From: Oculina patagonica
Lineage: Eukaryota
DNA length: 64,000 nt
Assembly (NCBI RefSeq): GCF_052425735.1
Contig: NC_135761.1
Span: 11,656,001 to 11,720,000, forward strand
Direction: 5' to 3'
A program made the position numbers and the translations under genes. Under the pieces are notes generated by a model. It was not told the origin of the DNA and made no database searches. It saw only the letters and a list, made by a program, of their open reading frames with translations. Positions 38,251 through 51,260 of this stretch are shown one piece after another. How positions within the stretch are numbered: the first letter of the stretch is position 1; every line of letters begins with the position of its first letter.

Positions 38251-40368
38251 TTTTTACATATTTATACACGATGAGAGATAAAGCTACAAGCTTGTGGGGT
38301 CGTGTACAAAATAGCCTCCTGTCCTGTGCATCCCTCTCTAGCTGATACCAACAGGGCTCTGTGAACGCGACTATTAAAATTCAAAGTCGTCCTCATACTC
38401 AGTCTCGTACTTGTACTTCAAACTAAAGGTCTGGAACGTATTAAAAGTTCTATTAATCTATGTCTGTAGATAAATAGATACCAACGACAAGTACTGGACC
38501 TCAAGAGTTTTGTCTGTGATTCTTTAGATTAAACTTGGACTCTGTAAAGGAACATCTTAAGAAGTTTGTGGTCCTGGATTCTGATAAGGACGGGCGCATT
38601 TCACTGAAGGATTTTGCGCTGCATTACAAGTTACCCACTTCATCACCCGTGAAGGAGCTCTTTTCGATCTTTGACAGAGTAAGGTTTTGGTTAATACACT
38701 ATTGAAAAGTGTACAGCTGTTACAGTTCTTGAGTATTTGATAAGTGTATGTAACTCTCGCTAAAGAAAGTTATACAAGATTCACCACAAAGCAGGGCTGG
38801 GCACACTCAGCATCCTGCTCTATTTATACCACACTCACCTGTTTTCCTAAAATAGGTACGTTTTTGATTGTTACTTAAGTTGAAAAAGGAGGATCTACTA
38901 ATATAAGAATAAAGTAAAGAAAATTGTTTAACAGGTAGTTCAAGGTTGGGTTTTGCCAGCCTATCCAGTCATCTCAGTTAGCTAATACGTATAAAAGAAC
39001 ATTTGCCCAGATGTTTCTGCTCAAATATATTTAAAATATATCAAATATTTCTTAAAGCACAACGGATAACCTTTAGGATACAAACATATTAATTGCAGGA
39101 ACTAAACCTTCCATGTTTAACAATAATCCAGTGTCCAGCAGTTAAATGTGTATATCAGGTTTGACTCACACTGACTCAGTTTTGCTACTCCACATGTGAA
39201 ACATTTGTTAAATTTGCTTTCTCGGGAAATCTAAGAACATCTTTTATTCAGCTACTACAAGGCCAAGAAAAAAACAATCCTGAGGAAAACTTTCTTATTG
39301 GGTTAACACTTAACTTCGGTTTTTGTACTCCTGAAATCTGCCAAAAAGGATCTGTCATTTAATTGATCTTGGTATTTTGTAGGAAAATAAAGATGTGATA
39401 GACTTCCGCGAGTACTTGATTGGGTCGGTTTGTTTGGCGAGGTTAGCATCTAAGAAGGATGTGGCTGATAGTGCACTGAAGGTATTGAGTGACATTATTA
39501 TGTTTAGCTTGATAATTTGAATAACCGTGTAAGAACTAACCAAATATTAACGAAAGAAAATAGTGGGAATACAGCGAAAATGCATCTACATTTTGGTACA
39601 AAATCAGAAAAACTGCCTATTTAAAACGACATGTTATGAATGGGTTCAGTAAACAAGTGAATTGTGTTATGTACTATAGAAATAACCTTCACTTCTAACA
39701 ATTACTTCGTTGGCTGTGAAACTAACACTAAGTAGGACCTACTTTGATGTTTCTTTAGTCAAGTACTTTCTAAAACTACAATTTTGGTAAGTGTAGCATT
39801 GTCTGTAATGGGGACTGCAGTACCGCATATACTAGTCTTTACATAAAGGACAAACCTCTCCTTCTCCAACTAACGTTTGAAAATTTTTGTCAGTCCCTGC
39901 AGGAATACAGCAAGCCAAATCGAAGTTTCATCTGTGGTAGGAAGCATGAAGATATTCTGAAAAGTGTTTTAAAGAACATTGACGACACCTACTCTGATAA
40001 CCATAACGTGCGGAGTAGAAACGGTGAGCATTTAAACAGACACTTAACGGCAGCACATTTTTAAGCTTGAGTTACAATAACCCAGTGATAAAATTTGCAT
40101 TCTAGTTTACATTGATCAATCGATCGATCAATTAAGCAAACGTCCGACGGTCGGTCCGACTGACCGTCCGTCCGTCCGTCTGCCCGTCTTTTCGTTGGGT
40201 CTTTGGTTGGTTGGTTCGTTTGTTTGTTCCTTCACAAATTCGTTCTTACGTTAAGTCGGTCCAAAGCTCTGTCGTAATTATGGCCTATGCTTATCCGATA
40301 TCCGGGTTTGTTTTCCATAGTATTTTTTTTTTTTACTCTGCGTTTACCTTTTGAAAGCTGTTGATAAT

Positions 40369-40675
40369 CTCGCAACTCGGTCTTTTTATCCAAAACGTTT
40401 TATACCTTTAAGCAGTTCATGTATCACGGTGACCTATAAAAATAGTTTCTTCAGCAGAACTGTCAAAGACTGGAATGCTCTTCCTAATGAAATAATTGAA
40501 CTTGAAACTGTTGCAGCCCGCCTCAACAAAAGACCATTTCAATTTTAATTTTCCTTTTGTCTTTATTTCACTTACACATGTAAATCGCACTCTTTTCTAC
40601 ACCTGCAACACACCTTTATATTTGCGTGATGAAAAACCTTGGCAAATTAATATATATAAATACAAAAATAAAAAA
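40369..40675 (+). mobile_element. 3' fragment of a CR1/L2-group LINE
   Basis: YKNSFFSRTVKDWNALP C-terminal motif followed by an A-rich tail. Confidence 0.65.
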
Positions 40676-42705
40676 CAAGATGGCTTTAGGTGTATTGTTG
40701 AATTTCAAATGAGTATATATCAGAGTGGAGATAAAAAAAGGACCCTAAAAAGATTGAAATACCGAAAACAAAGTTGAAGCTAATTTTGCATGTTTGTTTG
40801 TGTTGGCGTTAAGACCTCTGTCAATTAGAAATCTCAACCAAAAAACTCTTTCAGTTTTTCTTAATAGCAAAGAACTAATTTGTTTTCTGACATTAATATT
40901 CGTCTGTGGGTATAATAACACGGTTTGTTTTTATTTTTATTTTTGCAGAAGAGTTTCAAGACTTTCTTTCCAATCACGACGAATTGACTGTTTTACTCTC
41001 AAGTCTACTGCCTCCTGTTGAGAATCACGTGCGAGAGTCAATACTCATTTGACAGAAATCAAAAAACTGTTTTATTTGTACATTGGTGCAAATTTCACAT
41101 TTTTATGAAAGATTTTTTATAGGATTACGTTCTTTGAAGGTGAAATGAAAAGTGAAGATCTATGAAGTGGAATTTCATGAATTTTGAAATGTGTTTTTAT
41201 GTGAATGGGTGAAATCAGTTTGGGAGTTGAGTCTCGAGCTTCCAATATTGGAGGCTATTAATGGTAACAGAGTTTTATAAATTATAAAGATTTCATTACA
41301 AGTACATTAATTATTTATTATTGAATAGTTTTAATAATTATTTATCAGATAATGAAGGAGCAATAGATTAATTAGCAGCTATTTAATAATAGGAATTAAT
41401 AGTAATATATTAGTATAACTAAATATAATTGTGATTTTGAGTGCAGTTTGGATTAAATTGATAAGTGAATCTTTTACAAAACTGCACTGTATTGATCATT
41501 TGTTCTGTATTTAAATGAATTCATAAATATAGTATATTAATTATTTAATTGCGAGAGGTCGTGAAAATAGAAACAAAATATTTAAAACCCTTTGTATAAG
41601 ATATCTCAGATACATTAGGAATTTTGAAACATTGATAGTAAAATTTCTAGTTGGGTATGCATACAAATTATATGAATTTATAAATTCTGGAATTTTAAAA
41701 TAGTAATATTGTTACCTTATTATGAGCTATAAATTATTTAAAAGATATTTTAAATCTTACGTCGCTTTTTATCACTGTAAATGAATTGTGTTGGTTAAGA
41801 GTTTATATATTTGCAATGCCGTGTCCAAAAGGGATATTCAAGAACTTACAAAAATTAATACATGTAAACAGGTACATTAGAAATGAATTTTATGTTTTAT
41901 TAATGCACGAGAAGTTTAATAAAACGTCAGTATTACTTTATAAGCTTCAGAGTATTTGCTGTCGAGAAACTCGTCACGCATTCTCTCCTCCTGAGGCCGA
42001 GGAGAGATGTCGTGACATTTCGTGACCAGTCTTGGTAACGATTTTTGGTTTAAATAGTATTTACACCTTTTTACACTTTCAACCCTCCAAAAACGCAACA
42101 AGTCATTAGCATTTATAAGAAGTTCAACAACATAAAAGCGTGATAAAGTTAGCCATATAACAATCACTACGATTTGTACAAGTTAATGAAGGATTCTAGT
42201 AAGAAATAAACGCCAATGGGAAATTTCATTTCAATTTTATTCATAAACTTGAGAAAGCGCACACCAAAAGTAGGCGCTAATTATCTTTTAACGTAGGAAT
42301 GGTCATTTGGGCAGCATGCTTAAAAATCATTTTGGTAGCTGTTCAATTGAAAACCATAAGAAGCTGCAATCAGCATGTTGTTTGATGTTTGTCGCTGTTT
42401 TTAGCTTCCGAGCGAATTTTTTTTAAACAAAACACCCAAATATGTTCGCATTTGCGTTAGACTTTAGACTTTATAACTGGGACTAATAAAAATTTTTTAT
42501 TAACACAACGCAGTCTCATGAAGATCTTTTCCTCCAGTAATTTGATTTAAATTCACTATAAAAAACTTTTTATTTACGTTTCCAGATATATTTCCGTTGT
42601 CAATATCTCGATGTGCAATTACATCTAAATAGAATGATGATGATGATGATGATTATTACAAATACTGAGATTCCAATAACATGAGAGCATTACAAATTAA
42701 TTGTT

Positions 42706-45158
42706 TTACGCTATACCATAGCATTTCAGTTTTCCCAGTGTGTGGTAACCCTGGCCACGACTGCCTGTATCGCCAAACCTCAGCTGTTTAACTGGCAGAT
42801 GTGACTTGTCAGTAAGGAGACCGCTGTCTTCACGCCATATCCAGTCATTCTTATCACAGTTACAACCATAACCGGGGTCTGCACATGAGTTGGTCATCCC
42901 GCATGCGCACTTACCACTGCCAGGTGATGCTCCGCCCCAGTACGTCATCTTAGTAGAATCACGTGACACCCACCATGCATATCCCCTACTTACTGTCACC
43001 GAATCATAACACTCGTACTTGATAAACTGTTCACAGTGTGAGGAGACTCTGGTGAGACTCGCAAGCTGGGACAGACTCGCTCCTGTGTAATGAATGTCAC
43101 GAGAGTAACTACCACGACTGCCATAACCTTTCACGTACGTTCTGCTTTCACTGTCGTGACTTATCACTGTCACGCCAACTCCATTCTTGTCATTCATGTC
43201 ACAGTAAGCTGTAAATGGTGCCAGGCCTCCCGCGCCATCTGGGTCAATGACGTAATTTCCGCTTACACTGCTGATGTCTTTTCTTATCACAGAACAACTG
43301 GAAGGCGCAGTAACAGGAGACTTTATTTTGACTTTAGCTTCTATTGTTGTCAGAGCATTAGTCGCTCTACAGGTGTAAGATCCTTCGTGTGATTTCCTTA
43401 TCTTCTCAATAACCAGTGTTCCATTCAGTAGAACATTGGACTTTACAGGAAGTGAAGACTTTCCATCCTTTGTCCAAGTGATTGTAGTTCTCAGGTCACT
43501 CTCGGCCACACACGAAAGATAAACACTGGAACCAAACATAAAGGGAGTCACCTCTTGAGGAGGACGGACTTTGAACCGCAAACAAGAAAATATCATGAGT
43601 TGAACAGTGTTTGTTGCTAATCCCAGAATATTTTCTGCTCTACAAATGTATGTTCCACCATCCTTTCTTTTCACACTGTAGATTGTCAGGGTTCCATTTA
43701 TCACTTCACTTCTGTCTTCAGGCAAACTACCGACTGACTTAGACCACATGATACTAGGAAGCGGCTGACCAGTAGCAGTGCAGGCGATGGTGACGTTTTG
43801 TTTCTCTTCAGCCATCAATCGATTGGATGACAATGAAAGTTGAGGAGGAACTGTCGAGAAATAGAAAATTATGATGATTTTCCCAAACGCACTTTTCCTA
43901 TATTAGCTTATAGTTATTTTCCCCACTATTGTAGCCTTGCTTCGACAGGTGTATTCCGACTTTGAATATTATTGATGAGAATTATTCAGTTAAAACACCG
44001 GACTAAGATATTTTTTAGTGTTGATCGAAGTTGTTCTCAAATTCCTCTTTACGTAATATCCGGTAATATTCTCATATCATGTTAGGTGAAGTCTATATCA
44101 AATTCTACTCCTAAACCGTAAATACATGAATTCAGCTACTTACACTGAACAGTTAATTTTGCCGAGGCATTCACTTGTCCCAGCAAATTTTCAGCTCTAC
44201 AGCTGTAAACTCCGTAGTCTCCAGGTCTAACGTCCTTCACAATCAGAGCGCCACTGGACTCTACCACGTGATGATCCACAGAGAGAGACGAATTCAGCTT
44301 AGACCACGTGACTTTTGGAGTTGGATTACCATCCGCTGTACATTTCAAGATGGCTGTCTGACTTTCATTGATTGTCATTTCAACAGGACGCTGTAGCAGA
44401 GATGGAGCCGAGATGGACTGACCTGGTTCACCTTTGACGCCTTTCATACCCGGTGGGCCTCTAGGTCCCACGGGACCCGGATCTTCCGGCACTCCAACAT
44501 CCCCCTTTATTCCCATTGGTCCTTGAGCTCCTATTGGTCCATGTTTACCAGGAGGTCCGTTTGACCCGGGTCTCCCTGAGGGGCCTGGTCTTCCTCGGGA
44601 TCCCGGTCTTCCTCGTCTTCCCGTGTTACCTTTTGGTCCTGTGCGGCAGAGTGTGTGATCTTTAGCACAGATTTGGTTTTGCAGCAGACCAACTTCTCGT
44701 TTGATCAGTTCTTGTACTTCAGAGGCTGTTAAGGTTGATTTTTGTTGTGAATCATCGGGCAAAGAACGTTCTTGTCTTGAGATGGTCTTTTCTTCTCCTG
44801 AAAAATTAGATTAAAAACTTGTAAACTGTCTAAACTGTGAATCCTGATTGTTTGACATTCGATGGTTACGAGTAAATGAGATTTCAGTTCCCATTAGATC
44901 AGGTTTCAGCAACATACCGTCACCATCGTTATTTCGTTTTTTATTCGTATACATAAAAATTGTAGAGAAATGGCAGAATGTTACTGAATGACAGAATGTT
45001 ACTGAGTGTGATATCATTCGATGATGTTCTTGTATTCTGAGTTCCACGTGAATTAGCGCGATACAACACACAACAGACAACAGCAAGCCTGACGCGGAAC
45101 ACAAGCTCTTCAGTGTTTGTCTTCTGTTCGTCTGCTTCTCTTCTTTATCTTGTTCCAT
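42706..45158 (-). CDS. Array copy C5: exons 2-3 intact, exon-1 donor deleted (pseudogene or rescued by a cryptic donor)
   Basis: Exon 3 42706-43850, exon 2 44144-44797, ATG at 45158. A ~210-bp deletion relative to C7 removes the end of exon 1 and its donor. A phase-1 cryptic donor ACG/GTATGT lies at 44918/44917. Confidence 0.6.
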
Positions 45159-46041
45159 CGATACAGCTGCTACCACAAACTTGTGATGTCAAACTGATGC
45201 TATGGACGTTATCTTTTCTCTTTGAGCTGCTTTCACTGTGGGTTTAATCGTTGTAAAGACGATAGAAAGCTTCGCAAAAGCTGTTGTGTCACGGTCGTGT
45301 CCGAGCTTCACTTATGAAGGTGTAACACGAATCTTGTGTTGAGTGATATGAAGAAAACATGCAGTAAAAATAACTTTACTTGTCTGAGCTTGTAATGGAG
45401 ATTCAGTATCACAGGAAGTATAATTATCTTATCATCCTATTGACAGGGGTCAAACCTATTCTAGAATTGAATTAATTTAAAAGCCTCCGTGTACGGCTTC
45501 AGATTTCAGATTTTTATTATTTCACACTATTTACAAAAATCTTACACTTGTTTGTTGGTTCTAACTTATTTCTTTAAATATGTTACGAAAGTAAGTCAAA
45601 GATTGTATCAACCATCGTCTGCATTCTTTTATTTTGGCAGAAAAGAGGGAGCGATGGCTAAATGATGGACGACTATTATACCTATGTCACGTGGTACACC
45701 TTCTGCTGATACTCGTCATAAAAGGGTCAAAACGAACAATTTGGTTGAAAGACGACGAGAGCGCATGAGAGTCGATGAGAGTGCGTGAGAGTTTCAAGCT
45801 AAACGAGAGCGAGAGTTTGAACTCTCATCAACTCTCATCCACATTTGGCCCGGGCTTTAGTTTGATTTTCCTTCATACCTGAGTAACAGTAATAATAAGG
45901 AAATTATAAGTCAGTAACATGAAACAATGATGAGAAAGTTTATTTAAAGAAGAAAACAGCAATTACAATAAATGTGTTCTGATTTATTCTCCCAAAACGC
46001 TCTCAGTATGTTAATTCAAACAAATGACATGCATCTAACGT

Positions 46042-46042
<1 letters not shown>

Positions 46043-46080
<38 letters not shown>

Positions 46081-46086
46081 GTCATC
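46043..46086. repeat. (CAT)n microsatellite
   Basis: Direct inspection. A second, impure CAT/CAA tract lies at ~46337-46368. Confidence 0.9.
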
Positions 46087-46803
46087 TGGTGGTTTTGGCT
46101 TTGTCAAAACGCTTAATTTGTGACACACCCCCTTAGCGTGGTTCATGTCTTTTCACACCCGAGTCAAGTTTCTCCTCGGTTATATCAAGTTCAGCGTCGT
46201 CTCAAAGGTCAATTGTGGTTTCTCCTCGCTAGTTTTACCCTCCCTACCCTCCCTAGGTTTAATTTGTTAGCCCGCAGTTTTCAACAAATTGTTATTTTGC
46301 CCCCAACTCGTTGCCTTGCTTTTGTGTCTACTAATTATCATCATCAACAACAACAACATCATCATCATTTATTAGCAATATAACGGTGATATAACAGTAG
46401 AGACTTATAATGGTAAGGCGGAGAGACCTCCTAGAAACCAGTTATCAATTATCTTCGTGTCCCACTGTGCTCAACCCTGGGAGCTGATCATCGCCGGGGA
46501 AAGCTAGGCCGTATTTGCGCATATCTCGGTAAATTTCACCGTTTACACTTTTTCCAACCTGCTCGCTTTAATTTCTTTAGAACAAAACGCTCGGAAAAAA
46601 ACAAGAGGAAATAACAGTTTCTTCACATGATACAGTTAGGTTACGATTCAGTATGTTTATTACTTTCTTGCAAATTCATTAGCCCAGTTATCAAAAATCT
46701 TTTTCTCTAAAGATCCAACAACTGGATCTTTAGAGAAAAAGATTTTAAAAAATTGTTTTTTTAAAACAACTGGATCTTTATAGAAAAAACATTTTAATTT
46801 TTT

Positions 46804-49394
46804 TTACGCAATGCCATAGCATTTCAGTTTTCCCAGTGTGTGGTAGCCTTGGGCAGACCCACTTGTATCGCCAAACCTGAGCTGTTTAACTGGCAGCTGT
46901 GTCTTGTCATTGAGGAGACCGCTGTCTTCAGGCCATACAACGTCATTCTTATCACAGTTACAGCCACGCCAGGAATCTGCACATGAGTTGGTCATCCCGC
47001 ATGCGCACCTACCACTGTTAGGTGATGCACCGCCCCAGTACGTCATCTTACTTGAATCACGTGACACCCACCAGCCATATCCCCCGTACCTGAACATCAC
47101 TGAACCATAACACTCGTACTTGATAAACTGTTCACAGTGTGAGGAGACCCTGGTGAGGCTCGCTAGCTGAGACATACTCGCTCCTGAGTAATGAATGTCA
47201 CGTGAGTAGCAGCCTTGAGAGGAACATCCATCCACCAATGTTCTGCTCTCACTGTCGTGACTAATCACTGTCACGCCAACTTCATTCTTGTCATTCATGT
47301 CGCAGTAAACTGTAAACGGTGCCAGGCCTCCCGCGCCATCGGAATCAATAACGTAATTTCCGCTGACACTGCTGACGTTTTGTCGTATTACAGAACAAGA
47401 AGTCAAAACAACAGGAGTATTGATTTTGACTTTGGCTTCTATTGTTGTCAAAGCATTAGTCGCTCCACAGGTGTAAGATCCTTCGTGTTCTTTCGTGCTG
47501 CTTGAAATAACCAATGTTCCATTCTGTAGAACATTGGCCCCTTCAGGAAGTGAAGACTTGCCATCTTTTGTCCAAACGATTGTAGGTCTCAGGTCACTCT
47601 CGGCCTCACACGGTAAATGAACAGCGAAACCAATCGCAGGAGTCACCTCTTGAGGAGGACGGACTTTGAACCGTAAGCGAGAAAATGTCATCAGTTGAAC
47701 AATGTCTCTTGCTGATCCCAGAATATTCTCTGCTTTACAAATGTATATTCCAGCGTCCTTTCTTGTCGCATTGAAGATTGTCAGGGCTCCATTCATCACT
47801 TCAGTTCTATCTTCAGGCAAACTACCCTCTGCTCTAGACCACGTGATACCAGGAAGCGGCTGACCAGAAACAGTGCAGGCGATGGTGACGTTTTGTTTCT
47901 CTTCAGCTATCAAGCGATTGGATGACAATGAAAGTTGAGGAGAAACTGTCGAGAAATAAAAAAAATTACAGAAATTAGGATAAAGTATTTGCCAAACACA
48001 ATTTTGTTACTTTTTATATCTTAGCAGTTGTAGGTCATTCCGACTTTAAATATTATTGTTGTTTTTTTGTTGATCCAAGTTCTTCTGAAATTCCTCACTT
48101 GGTAATATTCTCATATATTATGTTAAGGTAATTTTTCGTTCGGAAGGGCTGTTTTACAGCATTAAACCTACTCCTAAACCATTAAATACATAAATTCAGC
48201 TACTTACATTGAACAGTTAATTTCGCCGAGGCATTCACTTGTCCCAGCAAATTTTTAGCTCTGCAGCTGTAAACTCCGTCATCTCCAGGTCTAACGTCCT
48301 TCACAATCAGAGCGCCACTGGACTCTACCACGTGACGACCCACAGGAAGAGATGAATTCAGCTTCGACCACGTGACCTTTGGAGTTGGATTACCATCCGC
48401 TGTACATTTCAAGATGGCTGTGTGACTTTCATTGACTGTCATTCTAACAGGACGCTGCAGCAGAGATGGAGCCGAGATGGACTGGCCCGGTTCACCTTTG
48501 ACGCCTTTCATACCCGGCGGGCCTCTAGGTCCCACGGGACCAGGGTCTCCCGGCATTCCAATATCGCCCTTTATGCCCATTGGTCCTTGCGCTCCGATTG
48601 GTCCATGTTTTCCAGGAGGTCCGCTTGATCCGGGTCTCCCTGGGGGTCCTGGTCTCCCTCTGGTTCCCGGTCTTCCTCGTCGTCCCGTGTTGCCTTTTGG
48701 TCCTACGTGACAGAGCGTGTGATCTTTAGCACAGACTTGGTTTTGCAGCAGACCAAGTTCTTGTTTGATCAGTTCTTGTACTTCGGAGGCTGTTAGGGTT
48801 GATTTCTGTTGTGAATCATCAGGTGAAGTGCGTTTTTGTCTTGAAATTTTCTCTGTTTCGCCTGAAAAAATAGAGCTGTTTATTCAAAACCGTAAACTGT
48901 GAATCATTCTTTGACATTAAGCGGTTGCTATGATGTAATAACACAACCTAGTAACAAAGATTTCCGTGTCCATTAGACTGGGTTCAACAACCCAGCTTTA
49001 GCCACCTTATTTCGCATTTATTTGTTTTTGTAAAAAATATATACACTAAAGATAAATGATAGGTAGCTCTGGTTAAGACGACGATAATAGAAAATGTATA
49101 CTATTGCAAATACCGTTTCATGGCGAAACAATGCTCACCTTCGGTCCCTTGCCAATGGCGGCCTGTAGCTATAACTTGCCATCTGCCGTAATTTTGTTGT
49201 ACTTTTCGAAGGATATTTGTCTCCATCTTATCACAGAATGTTACTGAGTGTGATATCAGTCGATGATGTTCTTGTATTCTGAGTTCCACGTGAATTAGCA
49301 CGATACAACACACAACAGACAACAGCAAGCCTGACGCGGAACACAAGCTGTTCAGTGTTTGTCTTGTGTTCGTCTGCTTGTCTTCTTTATCTTG
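46804..49394 (-). pseudogene. Array copy C6, start codon deleted
   Basis: Exon 3 46804-47945, exon 2 48208-48861, exon 1 49139-49394. A 33-bp deletion at 49394/49395 removes the ATG, with an in-frame TGA just upstream. The 3' UTR is replaced. Substitutions at otherwise invariant sites (IDSDG, WPEDSG, CGATN). Confidence 0.7.
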
Positions 49395-50024
49395 ATATCA
49401 AACGGATGCTTTTAAAAGACGTTTTCTTTTCACTTTTAGCTGCTTACAGATCAGTTCACTGAGGGTTTAATCGGTGTAAAGACGATAGAAAGCTTTTGTG
49501 TCCGAGTTTCACCGAGGAAAGTGTATCATGAATCTTGTGTTTACTGATATAAAGTAAAATTAACTTAACTTGTCTGAGCTTGTAATGGAGATTCAGTATC
49601 ACAGAAAGTATAATTAAGAATCATCTAATTGACAGGGGTTAAACGTATTTACTTGAATTGAATAGCACCTTAAGTTATTTCACTGCATGCGGAAAAAGAT
49701 CCCCTGGCAAGGCGAGTTTAAATTCTTGACCTCGAGTTGGTTAGACGTAATGGTTCTAATTGATTTCCCAAATTCATCTGTGAGGAAAATTAGTAAGCGG
49801 TGGTACAAGCCATCGGCATTGCTTGATATTTTTGTAGACAGCGGGGAGGGGTGAGTGAATGATGGACGGCTATTATACCCCACGTGTCACGTGGTACACC
49901 TTATGCTAATACGCGTCACCAAGGGAATATTTCTCTTGGCGTCACAAAAGTATCAAAGGAACAACTTTTTTTTCCCTGCATGCATACCTTGTGAAGATAC
50001 AGCTGAGTCACGATTTCCTAATGT

Positions 50025-50198
50025 CAGGGCCTTACCTAGGATTTTTTGTCTACGGGGGCACATTTCCTTGGCGGGGCAACTGGGGTTTTGTTAGTTTAGT
50101 TTTTCTTTTCTTTTTTTCTTTATTTTTCTTAGTTTTTTAGTTTTCCTGACGGGAGCAACTGCCCACCTTCCCCCCTTCCCCTGCTAGGTACGGCCCTG
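50025..50198. mobile_element. Short MITE with 5-bp TSD
   Basis: CAGGGCCTTACCTAG / CTAGGTACGGCCCTG; TSD AATGT (50020-50024, 50199-50203). Confidence 0.8.
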
Positions 50199-50486
50199 AA
50201 TGTAATTGTAACAGGGGCTTCTGCGGGGATTTATCCCTATGACTGGGCGAGATGTTCCCTGCTACGTACCTTCCAAGATCTTTTATATCAAGTGAACCAA
50301 ATCATCATCAAAGAACACGGTGTTTTATGGAGATCTTGACTCGATCGCTTACAGGTGAGAACTCAAAGTTATTACAAAAAAGACACTGTCATAAACGAGT
50401 TGTAGCCAATAGCTAGTGATCCAACAACTCAGTTTGACTTACGTTAGCTAAGAAATTTTAAAATAGAGAAAATTCTAAGGATATAA

Positions 50487-51260
50487 GGCCCGGTTCAAAC
50501 GTCGCGCTATCGTCGTGTCGAACTCAATTGTATTAAGTTCGACTTTAGCGCGATTGCAGCACGACAGTTGATTCAAACGTCGCATTTAATAGCTGCTGAC
50601 TGGTTCGAACGTCGCGCTTTCGTCGTGTCGAACTCAATTGTATTAAAACAATGTGCACGTATCAAGAGTCTTGACAGAGCTATAAAGCTGGCTGAACCAT
50701 TCGCCGAGGTTCTTCTCTTTTTGAAACCGTTGCAATTTTGATTACAGTCGCTGTTTATCTGCCGGGTTAGAGCGGCTCCCGTATTCAGCAACACATGTCC
50801 GTGTCTGAAATCACTGAGAAATTTGTTCCCTTTTTCCCGCCACACGGCCTTCTTTCTCGTAGTATAGTAGTAGTATTCGATTTTGCTGACAATACGGTTG
50901 AACATTCTGATAATTCCGAGTCAGTACTGATTTCGAGTTGCTCAGAGACTCCTCAGATGATAGGTCTTCATCTTCGCACTCTGAATCTAAGCTTTCGTTG
51001 CCATTCAAATTGACATCGCAATGAGCACAGTTATTTCTCCAAGCCATTTTTCAAATTCTGAATCTGATATTTACGCATGCGTCTCACGTAACCACGCTGT
51101 GAAAGTGTTCGGGACTAAATTATCATAATGTATGCATTAGGTTTCGCTCCAATTTGCACGACGTTTGAATCAAACGTCGTGCCAACGTCGAACTTAATAT
51201 TCTTTAAGTTCGACTTAAGCGCGACTGTAGCTCGACATTTGAATCAACGTCGCGCCAGAG
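50487..51260. mobile_element. PIF/Harbinger-like non-autonomous element, partial
   Basis: TAA-GGCCCGGTTCAAACGTCG left end; repeated and inverted TCAAACGTCG, GTCGAAC and TTAAGTTCGAC motifs at both ends. Confidence 0.5.

Larger units (their letters stand above)
36271..41052 (+). pseudogene. Lysophosphatidylcholine acyltransferase (LPCAT1/2)-like gene lacking TM and catalytic exons
   Basis: Exons 36271-36384 (MSARPK...VQNPFSYRLQLSACDKVK), 38528-38678 (EF-hand DSDKDGRISLKDF...LFSIFDR), 39383-39481 (IDFREYLIG), 39894-40023 and 40949-41052 (EEFQDFLSNH...*). All have GT-AG sites and the last four have compatible phases. They resemble the LPCAT2 N- and C-termini from memory. No acyltransferase exons were found between the first two. 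Confidence 0.7.

Noticed and set aside
50811-51047. Small acidic, Cys-containing ORF MAWRNNCAHC...
   Set aside because: It sits inside a transposon-like repeat, has no recognisable domain and is too short to support as a gene.
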